Part shown: positions 26,447-35,500 of the stretch, piece after piece | Layout of the letters: each line of letters starts with the position of its first letter | Numbering within the stretch: position 1 is the stretch's first letter | Assembly (NCBI GenBank): GCA_029260905.1 | Contig: JAJDCH010000002.1 | Coordinates: 15,546-79,545 of the forward strand | Length of the DNA: 64,000 nucleotides | DNA from: Candidatus Levyibacteriota bacterium | Lineage (GTDB): Bacteria > Patescibacteriota > Microgenomatia > Levybacterales > UBA12049 | Direction: 5' to 3' | Position numbers and translations under genes: made by a program | Notes under the pieces: model-generated | Databases searched by the model: none | What the model was told of the DNA's origin: nothing | What the model saw: only the letters and a program-made list of their open reading frames with translations

Positions 26447-28912
26447 ATGACTGAAAGACGAGGAGCACCACGTACTCCGGAACAAGTATTACCCAAAGAA
26501 AATCTTTTGGGTTCTAATCATGCGCTTCAGGCAAGGCTTCTAAATCCGCTTAATCTTGAGGCGGATATGAACGGTACGGATGTGCTCGTAATAGCTGGTG
26601 ATGTCAAAGATCAGGGACTCGGGTTTGCTCTTGGAGAAGAGGGAGCAAGGGTTTATGAAGATGTTTCACTACAACAAAGAGGAAATGATACCCTCAAATT
26701 TAACCAATGGAGAGATAATTTCAACATTAGAATTGCTCAAATCAAAAAAAGAGAGCCTGAAAAGGCTGAATTTTTAGAGCAGATTGGTGTGACAGATGCT
26801 GATAGCTTTTATGATGAGTATCTTTTTGATAGAGAAAATGGAAAGCTCAAATCTGATTTGGTTGGATTTGTTTCAAAAGTAGCTGAGGCTGATGCAGGTT
26901 CTGTTGGAGCAAATGAAGATTTGATAAAAGAGCTTGGAAAGGCTTTTGGTGAGGGGTCAAATGAAGTGATAGTTAATCTGGTACAGGCTGTTAAAAATAT
27001 CCAAATGGGTGCAACAACTTTTGCTCAGTCAGCTGAGATTGATTTGGAAGTTGCAAAAACACATGATCTTATTCAAAGAATTGTTTCAGATAGAAATGAA
27101 TGGAATGCAGGCGGTCAAGATGCTGCAGAGCAGGATCTTCAGGCGTATTTGGCGACTTTGGAAGAAGATGAAGTAGACCAAGGCGGTGATGAGGGTGATG
27201 ATGATTCAGGTCCTGATGATGCTGGGAAAAGACACCAGGCTACGAAAGACAATTCTCAGTCTGATAAGGAAGAAGATGGTGGAGAAGGTGATGAAAGTGG
27301 AGATGGTAAAAATTTACCTGACAAGTTGGTTTGGAGAAGTGGGGGGATAAATGTTCCACCAGATCCGGATAGTAATGGCGAGCCTCCTGATGGTCCTAGT
27401 GGCGGCGTAGAGCCTGATTCGTCTCCTTCAGGAAGCGGTGGAGGATCAGGAGCGGTTGCTGAAGGAGATGGTAGCGGATCTGGAGAAGACAAGATTCCCG
27501 CAGGCACGTTTGGGCCTGGGGATGATGAGTTGGAGTTTGAGTATGATGAGCCAGAACGAGTCAGTCCAGATGTTTCAGATTGGCAGACCATGATTATGCG
27601 AGTCAAGTCAGGATCACTTCCTGATGAGACAAAAGCTAAATTGATAGCGCAAATTAGAGGAAAAATAGCTGAAGAAAGAGCAAATGCCGGTGGAAAACTG
27701 ACAAGCGGCGGAGAGGAGGATGGAGGAAATCCTGAGCCTGTTCAGATAGATAGACCTGCAAGTCCTGCAGTTGAAAGTTTTGTGAATGGAGATGGTTTGG
27801 ACCTAGATGCTGTTTTAGGGGAGATGCGCAGTTCTGCTGCCGAAACTGCAGGTCCAGTAACAGAACCTGATCGCGGGAGCGAAAGTAGTGAGACTGGGAA
27901 AGAGGTTCTTTCTTATGATCCTTTGATACTTAGGGATATCAGAGACAGATTAAGATATTTTAGTGAGGTTTTTCCTCACAAAGAATTTCTTCTTGGCAGG
28001 GATATAGAGTTGGAAGCAGACGTGCTGGATGAGGTGTTAAAGCTTGTAGATCAGGCAGGCAAAATTATTGAATCAAGAAAAGGAGAGGTCGCTGGTTTTG
28101 GGGAGTTTTTTGAGGCATACACAGAACAGGTGGAGCTGGATAAGGATCTGGAATCAGGATTTTGGATCTCAGATGATGGAAATACGAGATATGCATCTGC
28201 AGAGATATACGAACTTAATCAGATGGTACGTGCCAAGGCATATGTTGAGGCAATTGCAAAAGGCTATAAGTCAATACTTGAAGGTCAAGAAAATGGGTCG
28301 TTTGATAGGGAGTTGACAGAAATTTTTTCTAGTTATCTTCCAGCACTTGATGATTTCATGAGGAGTCAGATTGATGGCACTCCTGAGTATGAATCTCAAC
28401 TCGATCTGTCTTATCAAGGGTTTGTTGAAAGGGTTAAAGATCAGATTGAGGGTGTGGACAATCCAGGAGGAAATGTAAAAATTTTGGTAGAGATGCCTGC
28501 GCTTTCTGAATATATAAAAGGCAGATTGCGAAATGGTGAAAGTGTTCAGGATCTTGAGATTATTAGTTTGGGAAAAGACGGTCAAAAGCCATATATAAGA
28601 TTCGTGGTTGTGACAGCTGATGGTAGTGAGGTAAATTACAATATAGTTAACAATAAAGAGAATACAGGGATGGAAATTTATTTTGATCATGAGCTGAATG
28701 GCTCGCTAGACACAGATAATCCCGCAATAACAGAGATTGATGATGATTTAAATGATTATCCAGACGAAAATTATCGAGATTTCGGTGAGGGTTTGGTGCA
28801 TGATCTTGATTTGGCGATTGAAAATCCCAAAATGAGACCAGTTGGAATGATAATAGATACTTATGGTGAGTTGATAATTAAATTTGCAGATAGCGAATTT
28901 ATAGCGATATAA
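26447..28912 (+). CDS. Large acidic hypothetical protein (821 aa) with a G/D/E/S-rich, disordered-looking central region
   Basis: Long clean ORF with no TM helices or recognisable catalytic motifs. The region is more GC-rich than the surrounding sequence. Confidence 0.6.
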   Translation: MTERRGAPRTPEQVLPKENLLGSNHALQARLLNPLNLEADMNGTDVLVIAGDVKDQGLGFALGEEGARVYEDVSLQQRGNDTLKFNQWRDNFNIRIAQIKKREPEKAEFLEQIGVTDADSFYDEYLFDRENGKLKSDLVGFVSKVAEADAGSVGANEDLIKELGKAFGEGSNEVIVNLVQAVKNIQMGATTFAQSAEIDLEVAKTHDLIQRIVSDRNEWNAGGQDAAEQDLQAYLATLEEDEVDQGGDEGDDDSGPDDAGKRHQATKDNSQSDKEEDGGEGDESGDGKNLPDKLVWRSGGINVPPDPDSNGEPPDGPSGGVEPDSSPSGSGGGSGAVAEGDGSGSGEDKIPAGTFGPGDDELEFEYDEPERVSPDVSDWQTMIMRVKSGSLPDETKAKLIAQIRGKIAEERANAGGKLTSGGEEDGGNPEPVQIDRPASPAVESFVNGDGLDLDAVLGEMRSSAAETAGPVTEPDRGSESSETGKEVLSYDPLILRDIRDRLRYFSEVFPHKEFLLGRDIELEADVLDEVLKLVDQAGKIIESRKGEVAGFGEFFEAYTEQVELDKDLESGFWISDDGNTRYASAEIYELNQMVRAKAYVEAIAKGYKSILEGQENGSFDRELTEIFSSYLPALDDFMRSQIDGTPEYESQLDLSYQGFVERVKDQIEGVDNPGGNVKILVEMPALSEYIKGRLRNGESVQDLEIISLGKDGQKPYIRFVVVTADGSEVNYNIVNNKENTGMEIYFDHELNGSLDTDNPAITEIDDDLNDYPDENYRDFGEGLVHDLDLAIENPKMRPVGMIIDTYGELIIKFADSEFIAI

Positions 28913-28920
28913 ATGATATT

Positions 28921-29358
28921 TTGATTGGTTTTAGGTCTGGAAATAGTGTAAGCGCTAACACCCTATTAAGTGTCTTGCCGAGGATTTCAGATGCAGCTGA
29001 GAGATTAATAACAGAAAAAATTTTAGACACAGAAGGGATTGCAAAGGCATATGAGAGATTGACAGAGTTGTTTACAAAAAATCCGGAAAATATGGATGGG
29101 ATGTTGGTGCGTTCAGAGCAAGTGGCTAGAGAAGAAGATCCCGAATCTTCAAATCTTTCTGAGGGGCCTCTTGTTTTCACACCAGAAGTTTATGATTTGA
29201 TAATGGCAAATTTCGCATTGAAACAAGTTGTAAATGTGAGCACAGGTGTTAAATCAGCTTCTTCTGGGAGCGAGCATTTAATAATCAACAATACAAACCG
29301 GTTCATTTATTCTCTGGAAAATGTACGTGACTATGTTAGAAAGCATTTGATGTCATAA
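28921..29358 (+). CDS. Hypothetical protein (145 aa)
   Basis: ORF directly following the 821-aa gene on the same strand. Confidence 0.45.
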   Translation: MIGFRSGNSVSANTLLSVLPRISDAAERLITEKILDTEGIAKAYERLTELFTKNPENMDGMLVRSEQVAREEDPESSNLSEGPLVFTPEVYDLIMANFALKQVVNVSTGVKSASSGSEHLIINNTNRFIYSLENVRDYVRKHLMS

Positions 29359-29406
29359 TAGAGTTTGTATTTTGAATTTGAAAAATAGTGGTATATAATA
29401 TATTTT

Positions 29407-31536
29407 ATGCCCAGAGGAAGAGGACGAGGACGCAGAAAAGCTTTTAAGTTGAAGCTAAAGAAAAAAACTATATATACGATTTTTGGGATCGGCTTTCTTC
29501 TTGCGGGCGGATCACTTCTGGCATCACTTCTCAATCCTTCAGATACAACCTCAGTCATCACGGAGCAAGTAAGCGCAATGCTTGGTGGATCAACGCTTCT
29601 TTTTCCATTTGTTCTGATATTGATTGGTTTTCTTTTCCTTAATCTCAAGTTTTATTTATCAAGGATTAATGTGGCGATTGGATACGCGCTTTTTTTCGTA
29701 TCTGTTGTTGGTCTTTTTAGAACTGGGGCTGTAGGGGATCGGATATTTTTGATTCTTGAGGAGATAATCACAACTCCTGGGGCCAACCTGGTACTAATTG
29801 CCGGAATGCTGGTTGGGATAATTGTTTTTTTTGATACATCAATTGATGAGATATTTGAGGGATTTGGCGCAGTAATAGGAGTTCTGAAAAAGCTAGTTCC
29901 TTTTGGGCTTTTTTCCAAAAACAAGAACGAAAAACAACCTCTTATAAATAAAAACAAGCCGATGATGATAAAAGGTGGTAAGGATGAGGAAGAAAAAGAA
30001 AAACTCGACATCAAAAAACCACCAATCATTCATAAAAAGGAGCAACAGGAGCTTTTGCCTGAGACATTGGTTAGCAACGTGCTTGGTAAGGACGTATCAG
30101 GTGTTTGGGAATATCCACCTTTGTCACTTTTATCAGCAGAACCAGGACAAAAAGCTGAGCGTGGAGACATCAAGCAAATAGCCCAAACGATTGAAAATAC
30201 TCTTCAGAGTTTCAGAATTGAAGCACGTGTTGCTGAGGTAAATCTCGGTCCAGCTGTTACCCAATATGCGCTTGAGCTGGCGCTTGGTACGAGGATTTCA
30301 AAAATTACATCACTTGCCAATAATCTTGCACTTGCAACTGAGGCGCCAACTGGACAGATCAGAATAGAGGCGCCAATTCCTGGTAGGAATTTAGTTGGAA
30401 TCGAGATACCAAATAGATCTCTTGAAGTCGTTCCGCTTCGAACTATGCTTGCATCAACTCCAATGCAAAAAGCCAAATCCAAACTGACAGTTTCACTTGG
30501 AATTGATGTATCGGGAAATCCGATTGTAATTGATATAGCCAAAATGCCACATATGCTTGTTGCTGGTACGACTGGTTCTGGAAAATCAGTTCTGATCAAT
30601 GCGTTTATTTCGACTTTGCTTTTTCGCGCATCGCCTCAGGAGGTTCGTCTTATACTTATTGATCCGAAAAGAGTCGAGTTCACAGGCTATAATGGCATAC
30701 CTCATCTTTTGACTCCAGTAATTGTTGAGCCTGAGAAAATTCTTTCAGCTCTGAAGTGGGCAATGGCAGAGATGGATAAGAGATATAGGATTTTTGCAGA
30801 AAGGGGAGTGCGAAATATTGATTCATACAATGAATTATCAGGTTTTCAGGCACTTCCATATATAGTTATTTTTATTGATGAGCTTGCAGATCTGATGATG
30901 TTTGCGCCAGTTGAGGTGGAAGATGCGATTGCGCGTCTTGCCCAGATGGCCCGTGCAACTGGAATCCATCTAGTGATTGCTACACAAAGACCATCTGTTA
31001 ATGTTATAACTGGTCTTATTAAGGCCAACATTCCATGTCGCATTGCGTTTAATGTTTCATCAATGATTGACTCTCGCGTTATACTTGATGCGCCAGGTGC
31101 GGAAAAGCTTCTCGGAAGGGGAGATATGCTTTATATACCTCCAGATCAGGCAAAACCAACACGTATTCAGGGGGCATACATAGAAAAAGAAGTTAAAAAG
31201 TTGGTTGATTTTCTCAAATCCAAAGACTATCCTGTTGAATACACGGAAGAAGTTATATCCCAACCTCTTCCGCTTAAAAAGGGAGCAGGAGGAAGCATGG
31301 ATACTGGTGCAAGCAGTGAGGTTGAAGAGGCAATAAGAGTTGTATGTCAGTTTAATACAGCAAGCGCTTCTTTTCTGCAAAGAAAAATGTCAATTGGCTA
31401 TGCAAAGGCTGCTCGTATTTTGGATCAACTTGAGGAGATGGGGGTTGTTAGTCATGCTGAGGGATCAAAGCCCCGTGATGTTCTTGTCAGAAATGCTGAA
31501 GAGTACCTGACTAGCCAGCAGGAGAAAGATTCTTAG
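29407..31536 (+). CDS. ftsK: DNA translocase FtsK/SpoIIIE
   Basis: N-terminal TM helices, Walker A LVAGTTGSGKS, the motor domain and a C-terminal gamma wHTH domain. Confidence 0.9.
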   Translation: MPRGRGRGRRKAFKLKLKKKTIYTIFGIGFLLAGGSLLASLLNPSDTTSVITEQVSAMLGGSTLLFPFVLILIGFLFLNLKFYLSRINVAIGYALFFVSVVGLFRTGAVGDRIFLILEEIITTPGANLVLIAGMLVGIIVFFDTSIDEIFEGFGAVIGVLKKLVPFGLFSKNKNEKQPLINKNKPMMIKGGKDEEEKEKLDIKKPPIIHKKEQQELLPETLVSNVLGKDVSGVWEYPPLSLLSAEPGQKAERGDIKQIAQTIENTLQSFRIEARVAEVNLGPAVTQYALELALGTRISKITSLANNLALATEAPTGQIRIEAPIPGRNLVGIEIPNRSLEVVPLRTMLASTPMQKAKSKLTVSLGIDVSGNPIVIDIAKMPHMLVAGTTGSGKSVLINAFISTLLFRASPQEVRLILIDPKRVEFTGYNGIPHLLTPVIVEPEKILSALKWAMAEMDKRYRIFAERGVRNIDSYNELSGFQALPYIVIFIDELADLMMFAPVEVEDAIARLAQMARATGIHLVIATQRPSVNVITGLIKANIPCRIAFNVSSMIDSRVILDAPGAEKLLGRGDMLYIPPDQAKPTRIQGAYIEKEVKKLVDFLKSKDYPVEYTEEVISQPLPLKKGAGGSMDTGASSEVEEAIRVVCQFNTASASFLQRKMSIGYAKAARILDQLEEMGVVSHAEGSKPRDVLVRNAEEYLTSQQEKDS

Positions 31537-31585
31537 TATAAAGTATCAAGAATTAAGTATTATGTATTTTCTGCGGAAAGATTCT

Positions 31586-31614
31586 TTGACCCTTTATACT
31601 TAATACTTTATACT
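31586..31614 (+). promoter_or_regulatory. Promoter-like TTGACC-N17-TATACT inside a repeated TTTATACTTAATAC/TTTATACTACTA motif upstream of the rodZ-like gene
   Basis: Hexamers at 31586-31591 and 31609-31614. The same AT-rich motif recurs at 58381-58420, upstream of serS. Confidence 0.4.
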
Positions 31615-31627
31615 ACTACTTAATAGC

Positions 31628-32260
31628 ATGTTAAAGATAGGACAGAGACTACAAGGTATTAGAATAAAAAAAGGACTTAGTGTTGATGAAATTGCAAAAG
31701 AAATCAAAATCAAACCACAGTTTTTAACTGCAATTGAGAAAGGGGAGTATGAGAAACTTCCGTCAATTGCTTATGCTCAGGGATTTGTCAGAAATTATGC
31801 AGATTACCTAGGACTTCCCAAATCAGAAACAACAGCCCTTTTTAAAAGAGATTTTGATGAGAATAAAAATTTAAAAGTACTTCCTGATGGCTTGAGTGGA
31901 AATACTGAGGGGTTTCATGTGAGTTGGGCACGAATCAGACAAATTTTTCTGGGGTTGATCTTGGTACTTATTGTTCTTGGATTTGTTGTATTTCAATACA
32001 GGTCATTTTTCTTTGCTCCATCGCTTTCTATCACAAGTCCCAAGGACGAGATGGTTGAGGCGGGAGATATAAAGGTAGCAGGCATCACTGATAGCGCAGC
32101 AACTGTTTTGATAAACGGCGAGCAGGTGTCTGTTGCTGAGGATGGGAAGTTTGTAAAAGGAGTTACTCTTTTTCCCGGAACAGCAGAAATAGTTGTCAAA
32201 TCGACAAATAGACTAGGAAAACAGACCACTATAACAAAGCGAATTAAGGTAAAGGAGTAG
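31628..32260 (+). CDS. RodZ-like protein (XRE-type HTH, TM helix and C-terminal domain)
   Basis: N-terminal HTH (LSVDEIAKEIKIKPQFLTAIEKGEY), a single TM segment and a C-terminal beta-rich domain. Confidence 0.6.
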   Translation: MLKIGQRLQGIRIKKGLSVDEIAKEIKIKPQFLTAIEKGEYEKLPSIAYAQGFVRNYADYLGLPKSETTALFKRDFDENKNLKVLPDGLSGNTEGFHVSWARIRQIFLGLILVLIVLGFVVFQYRSFFFAPSLSITSPKDEMVEAGDIKVAGITDSAATVLINGEQVSVAEDGKFVKGVTLFPGTAEIVVKSTNRLGKQTTITKRIKVKE

Positions 32261-32327
32261 TAAGTGATAGATTGTTCCACATTGCTTTATTGACACATTG
32301 GTTTTCATACGCTAAGTTATATAAACC

Positions 32328-32618
32328 ATGATAGATCCTGTTCAGCTTGTTCTTCTTTTGATAATAGTAATTTTGGCAATTCTTCTGGTGGTTCTTGGAA
32401 TTCAAGTTTTTTTAATCCTTCGAGAATTGAAAAAAACAATTGGAAAAGCTAGTAATGTACTTGATAATATTGATTCGATAAGTGAGAGTATTGAGGGACC
32501 TGTTGAGGCCATCTCATCAATAGCGCTTGCTTTTAAAGCAGGATCATTTCTCAGTGTTGCAAAATTCATCAAGGATCTTCTTGGAGACAGGGAAGGGAAG
32601 AAGCGGGAAAGGGAATAA
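32328..32618 (+). CDS. DUF948-like small membrane protein
   Basis: N-terminal TM helix followed by a coiled-coil-like region. It pairs with the downstream YtxH-like gene, as in ytxG-ytxH clusters. Confidence 0.4.
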   Translation: MIDPVQLVLLLIIVILAILLVVLGIQVFLILRELKKTIGKASNVLDNIDSISESIEGPVEAISSIALAFKAGSFLSVAKFIKDLLGDREGKKRERE

Positions 32619-32746
32619 AATTTCTAAGTATTAATTTCTAATTTCTAAACAATATCAAAATCAAAATAAATTAATTCAAACCCTTTTTGTTTTTTGGATT
32701 TTTAAAATTTAAATTTGTTTAGGGTTTAGATACTCTAATTTAGAAT

Positions 32747-33115
32747 GTGAAAAAATATATGGAAAACAGGAATGACAATAGAGGAAATGGATTTTTGTTT
32801 GGTCTAATAGTTGGTGTGGCAGTTACTCTTCTTTTTACCACAAAAAAGGGCAGGGAAATTCTCAGAGAGCTAACTGACCGTGGTATGGAAAAGATAGGGG
32901 ATCTCGAGGAGAAGATTGATCGCAAGCAGACGGAGTTTGAACAGGAGTTAGAGGAGGAAGAGGGGGATGATTATATTGAAACCCTACCTGATCTTAAAAA
33001 GCCTCTCGCAGGGAGTATTGAAGAAGAAAAAAGTGAAGCGAATCCGTCCTCAAAGGGGCAAGTAGAAAAACCCAAAAAATCTCCCCGCCGTTTCTTTAAA
33101 GGAAAAAAGAGTTAG
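32747..33115 (+). CDS. YtxH-like protein
   Basis: GFLFGLIVGVAVTLLFTTKKGREILREL N-terminal signature, followed by a charged helical tail. Confidence 0.45.
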   Translation: MKKYMENRNDNRGNGFLFGLIVGVAVTLLFTTKKGREILRELTDRGMEKIGDLEEKIDRKQTEFEQELEEEEGDDYIETLPDLKKPLAGSIEEEKSEANPSSKGQVEKPKKSPRRFFKGKKS

Positions 33116-34062
33116 AGGCCGTACTTTTCGATATTGGCGTTGTGTTCTTCAAGTGTTCTTCCATAGTGATTGACTCCTGATTTATCGGTGATGTAGTAGA
33201 GATAGTTTGTGTCGGCTGGATTTAGCGCTGCATCTAGAGCTTGGGTTCCTGGATTAGAAATGGGAGTAGGCGGAAGGCCTGCATGGGTGTAAGTGTTGTA
33301 TGCTGAGTCTGGAACGATGTTGGATCCACTATTTGTTAGTTTTGGCCACCAGTCAGAGGGATTGCCAATCGCGTATTGGATCGTTGCATCGATATAAACG
33401 CCCATTCCTGCATTAAGTCTATTGTGGATGACTGATGAGACAATGAATCTATCCTCATCATGTTTTGCTTCTCTTTCTATCATTGATGCGATTGTGACTA
33501 TTTCATCTTTTGAGTATTTTGTATTGGAAGACTTGATGCTGTTATATTTTTTATCAAAATTATCACGCATTGTTTCTATGATCGTATCTATATTTGCATC
33601 TTTCGGGAAAAAGTAAGTGTCAGGAAAAAGATAGCCCTCATAAAGCCTAAGTTTGCCTCTCCAAGACTCATCATAACCAATTATTCTTTCTTCAAGCCTA
33701 TCAGCTATTTCATCAGCCCTGAGTCCTTCAGGAATAATTACCTGCATATCAAATGTTCCGACTTGGAGAGCTTCTGCGATCTCAGTTGCATTCATGGATG
33801 ATGAGAGATAAAACTCTCCTGCTTGGATTTTCTCTTCCAAATCAAGCCTTTTTACGTTTAGGAAAAATATAACTGGATCTTTGATAAGATTTTCTGACTT
33901 GAGGCTTTGTGCTATTTCACGAACTGTTTGTCCTTTTTCAACAGAGAAGAGTTTGGTGGTGGTGTCTGTAGGTTCTGGTGCTTGAGTTCCTTGAACAAAC
34001 CAGGCAAAGAATCCGCCAATTGCCAGAAGTAGCATTACTATTAAGAATGAAAGTTTTTTCAT
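33112..34062 (-). CDS. mltG: Endolytic murein transglycosylase MltG (YceG family)
   Basis: N-terminal TM anchor and a YceG-like domain (LFPDTYFF, IVTIASMIEREA). Confidence 0.85.
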   Translation of the reverse strand: MKKLSFLIVMLLLAIGGFFAWFVQGTQAPEPTDTTTKLFSVEKGQTVREIAQSLKSENLIKDPVIFFLNVKRLDLEEKIQAGEFYLSSSMNATEIAEALQVGTFDMQVIIPEGLRADEIADRLEERIIGYDESWRGKLRLYEGYLFPDTYFFPKDANIDTIIETMRDNFDKKYNSIKSSNTKYSKDEIVTIASMIEREAKHDEDRFIVSSVIHNRLNAGMGVYIDATIQYAIGNPSDWWPKLTNSGSNIVPDSAYNTYTHAGLPPTPISNPGTQALDAALNPADTNYLYYITDKSGVNHYGRTLEEHNANIEKYGL

Positions 34063-34074
34063 AAGTTATTGTTT

Positions 34075-35346
34075 TTATTCTAGTTCAAAAACCGGAAAAT
34101 TGTTAAGCGAATCCTTTGCTTCTTCAACTGCTTGGTGGCTATCACTATAAAGTGTAAATATTGGTTTGTCAACCAAGACCTCATCGCCGATTTTTACATT
34201 AAGAAGAAGGCCACTTTTTTTCTCTTTTGGCGCGCCAAGAATTCTTGCAATGGCTGTTACGTTTTTGCTGTTAATGTTTTTAACAATGCCTTTTTTTCTA
34301 GACTTGACGACGTGTTGGTGTTTTCCTGGTTTCATCATCTCGCTTGTAATATTGGGATTACCATTTTGTGCTTTTATAATCTCCATCATTTTCTGGTGAG
34401 CATGACCTGATGTTAGGATGTATTCTGCCCAGATGCGACCTGTTCCAAATTCTTTCTTGATTCTATCTTTTAGACTTTGGTTTGAATCGCTAAGACAAAG
34501 ATCAAGAAGTGATCCTGCAAGATTAAGTGATTTTTTTTCAAGATCAAGAGGTCTCTGAGAGTGTTGTTCAAGAACCATCAGTGCGTCTTTTGCTTCGAGT
34601 AGAGGACCTATTCCCCGTCCAACAGGCTCGTCTGTTTTGTGAATTATTGCTTCTACTTTGACTCCAAATTTTTCTGCTAAATTCTCGAATTTCCTTTTTA
34701 CTTTCTCAGCATCAGACAGATTATGCACTTTGACATGTGATCCGTATGGCAGATCGATCACAATATGATTTGATCCGAAAGCAACCTTTTTGGCCATAAT
34801 CGAAACCAGTATTTTGTCAAAACTTTCAAGAAGAAGCGGTTCTTCAACTTTTATTAATTCATCATCAGCTGGGGCTATGCTAACTGCTCCTCCCCAGACA
34901 ATACAGGCATTTGTTTTATCAACAATTTTATAAATCTGCTCTTTTGTAAAGCTGACATCTGCTATTACTTCCATGTCATCAGCTGTGCCACCAGCAGATG
35001 TTATGGCGCGGCTAGAGCTCTTAGGAATGGTAAAGCCAGCTGAGGCAACAATGGGAACAACAATCATGGTTGTACGAGTTCCTGGCACCCCACCGATTGA
35101 ATGTTTATCAGCAACAATCCCTTGGAATTTAAGCTTGTCACCCGTTTCTATCATTGCTTTTGTAAGGTAAAAAAGCTCTGTATTGTTAAAGCCAACTGTG
35201 TAACCAGTTGATGCAAAGTATGTAGTCAAGATCGTTCCTAGTCTGTGGTGGGCAATCTCATCCATAATGGCAAAGATGCCTTTATAATCAAGTCTTTTTC
35301 CTGAGATTTTTCTCTGGATTGCAAGTAGCGCTTCCTGTTCATTCAT
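34075..35346 (-). CDS. Thymidine/pyrimidine-nucleoside phosphorylase family enzyme, possibly an archaeal-type AMP phosphorylase
   Basis: DKHSIGGVPG (compare TP DKHSTGGVGD), SSRAITSAGGTAD and SIMAKKVA motifs, and a C-terminal alpha/beta domain. Confidence 0.75.
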   Translation of the reverse strand: MNEQEALLAIQRKISGKRLDYKGIFAIMDEIAHHRLGTILTTYFASTGYTVGFNNTELFYLTKAMIETGDKLKFQGIVADKHSIGGVPGTRTTMIVVPIVASAGFTIPKSSSRAITSAGGTADDMEVIADVSFTKEQIYKIVDKTNACIVWGGAVSIAPADDELIKVEEPLLLESFDKILVSIMAKKVAFGSNHIVIDLPYGSHVKVHNLSDAEKVKRKFENLAEKFGVKVEAIIHKTDEPVGRGIGPLLEAKDALMVLEQHSQRPLDLEKKSLNLAGSLLDLCLSDSNQSLKDRIKKEFGTGRIWAEYILTSGHAHQKMMEIIKAQNGNPNITSEMMKPGKHQHVVKSRKKGIVKNINSKNVTAIARILGAPKEKKSGLLLNVKIGDEVLVDKPIFTLYSDSHQAVEEAKDSLNNFPVFELE

Positions 35347-35500
35347 ATCTCACCTTTAATCATCTGAAGAGCGTATTTAAAAAAGCTTTTAATAATACTT
35401 ATAACAAAATAAAAAGCACTATTAAGGAGTCTATTGATTGTGGGCCAGATTTTTTTGAGAAATAAAATTACTGGGGATTGTTGTCTATTTTCTTCCATTT

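Noticed and set aside
26447-29358. Prophage or mobile island interpretation of the GC-richer hypothetical gene pair
   Set aside because: There is no integrase, no flanking direct repeats and no tRNA. The flanking genes are housekeeping genes in the same orientation. The pair is kept only as a lineage-specific gene candidate.
29331-29648. 105-aa ORF on the - strand overlapping the ftsK start
   Set aside because: It is antisense to the well-supported ftsK N-terminus and to the promoter region. Its translation is low-complexity.
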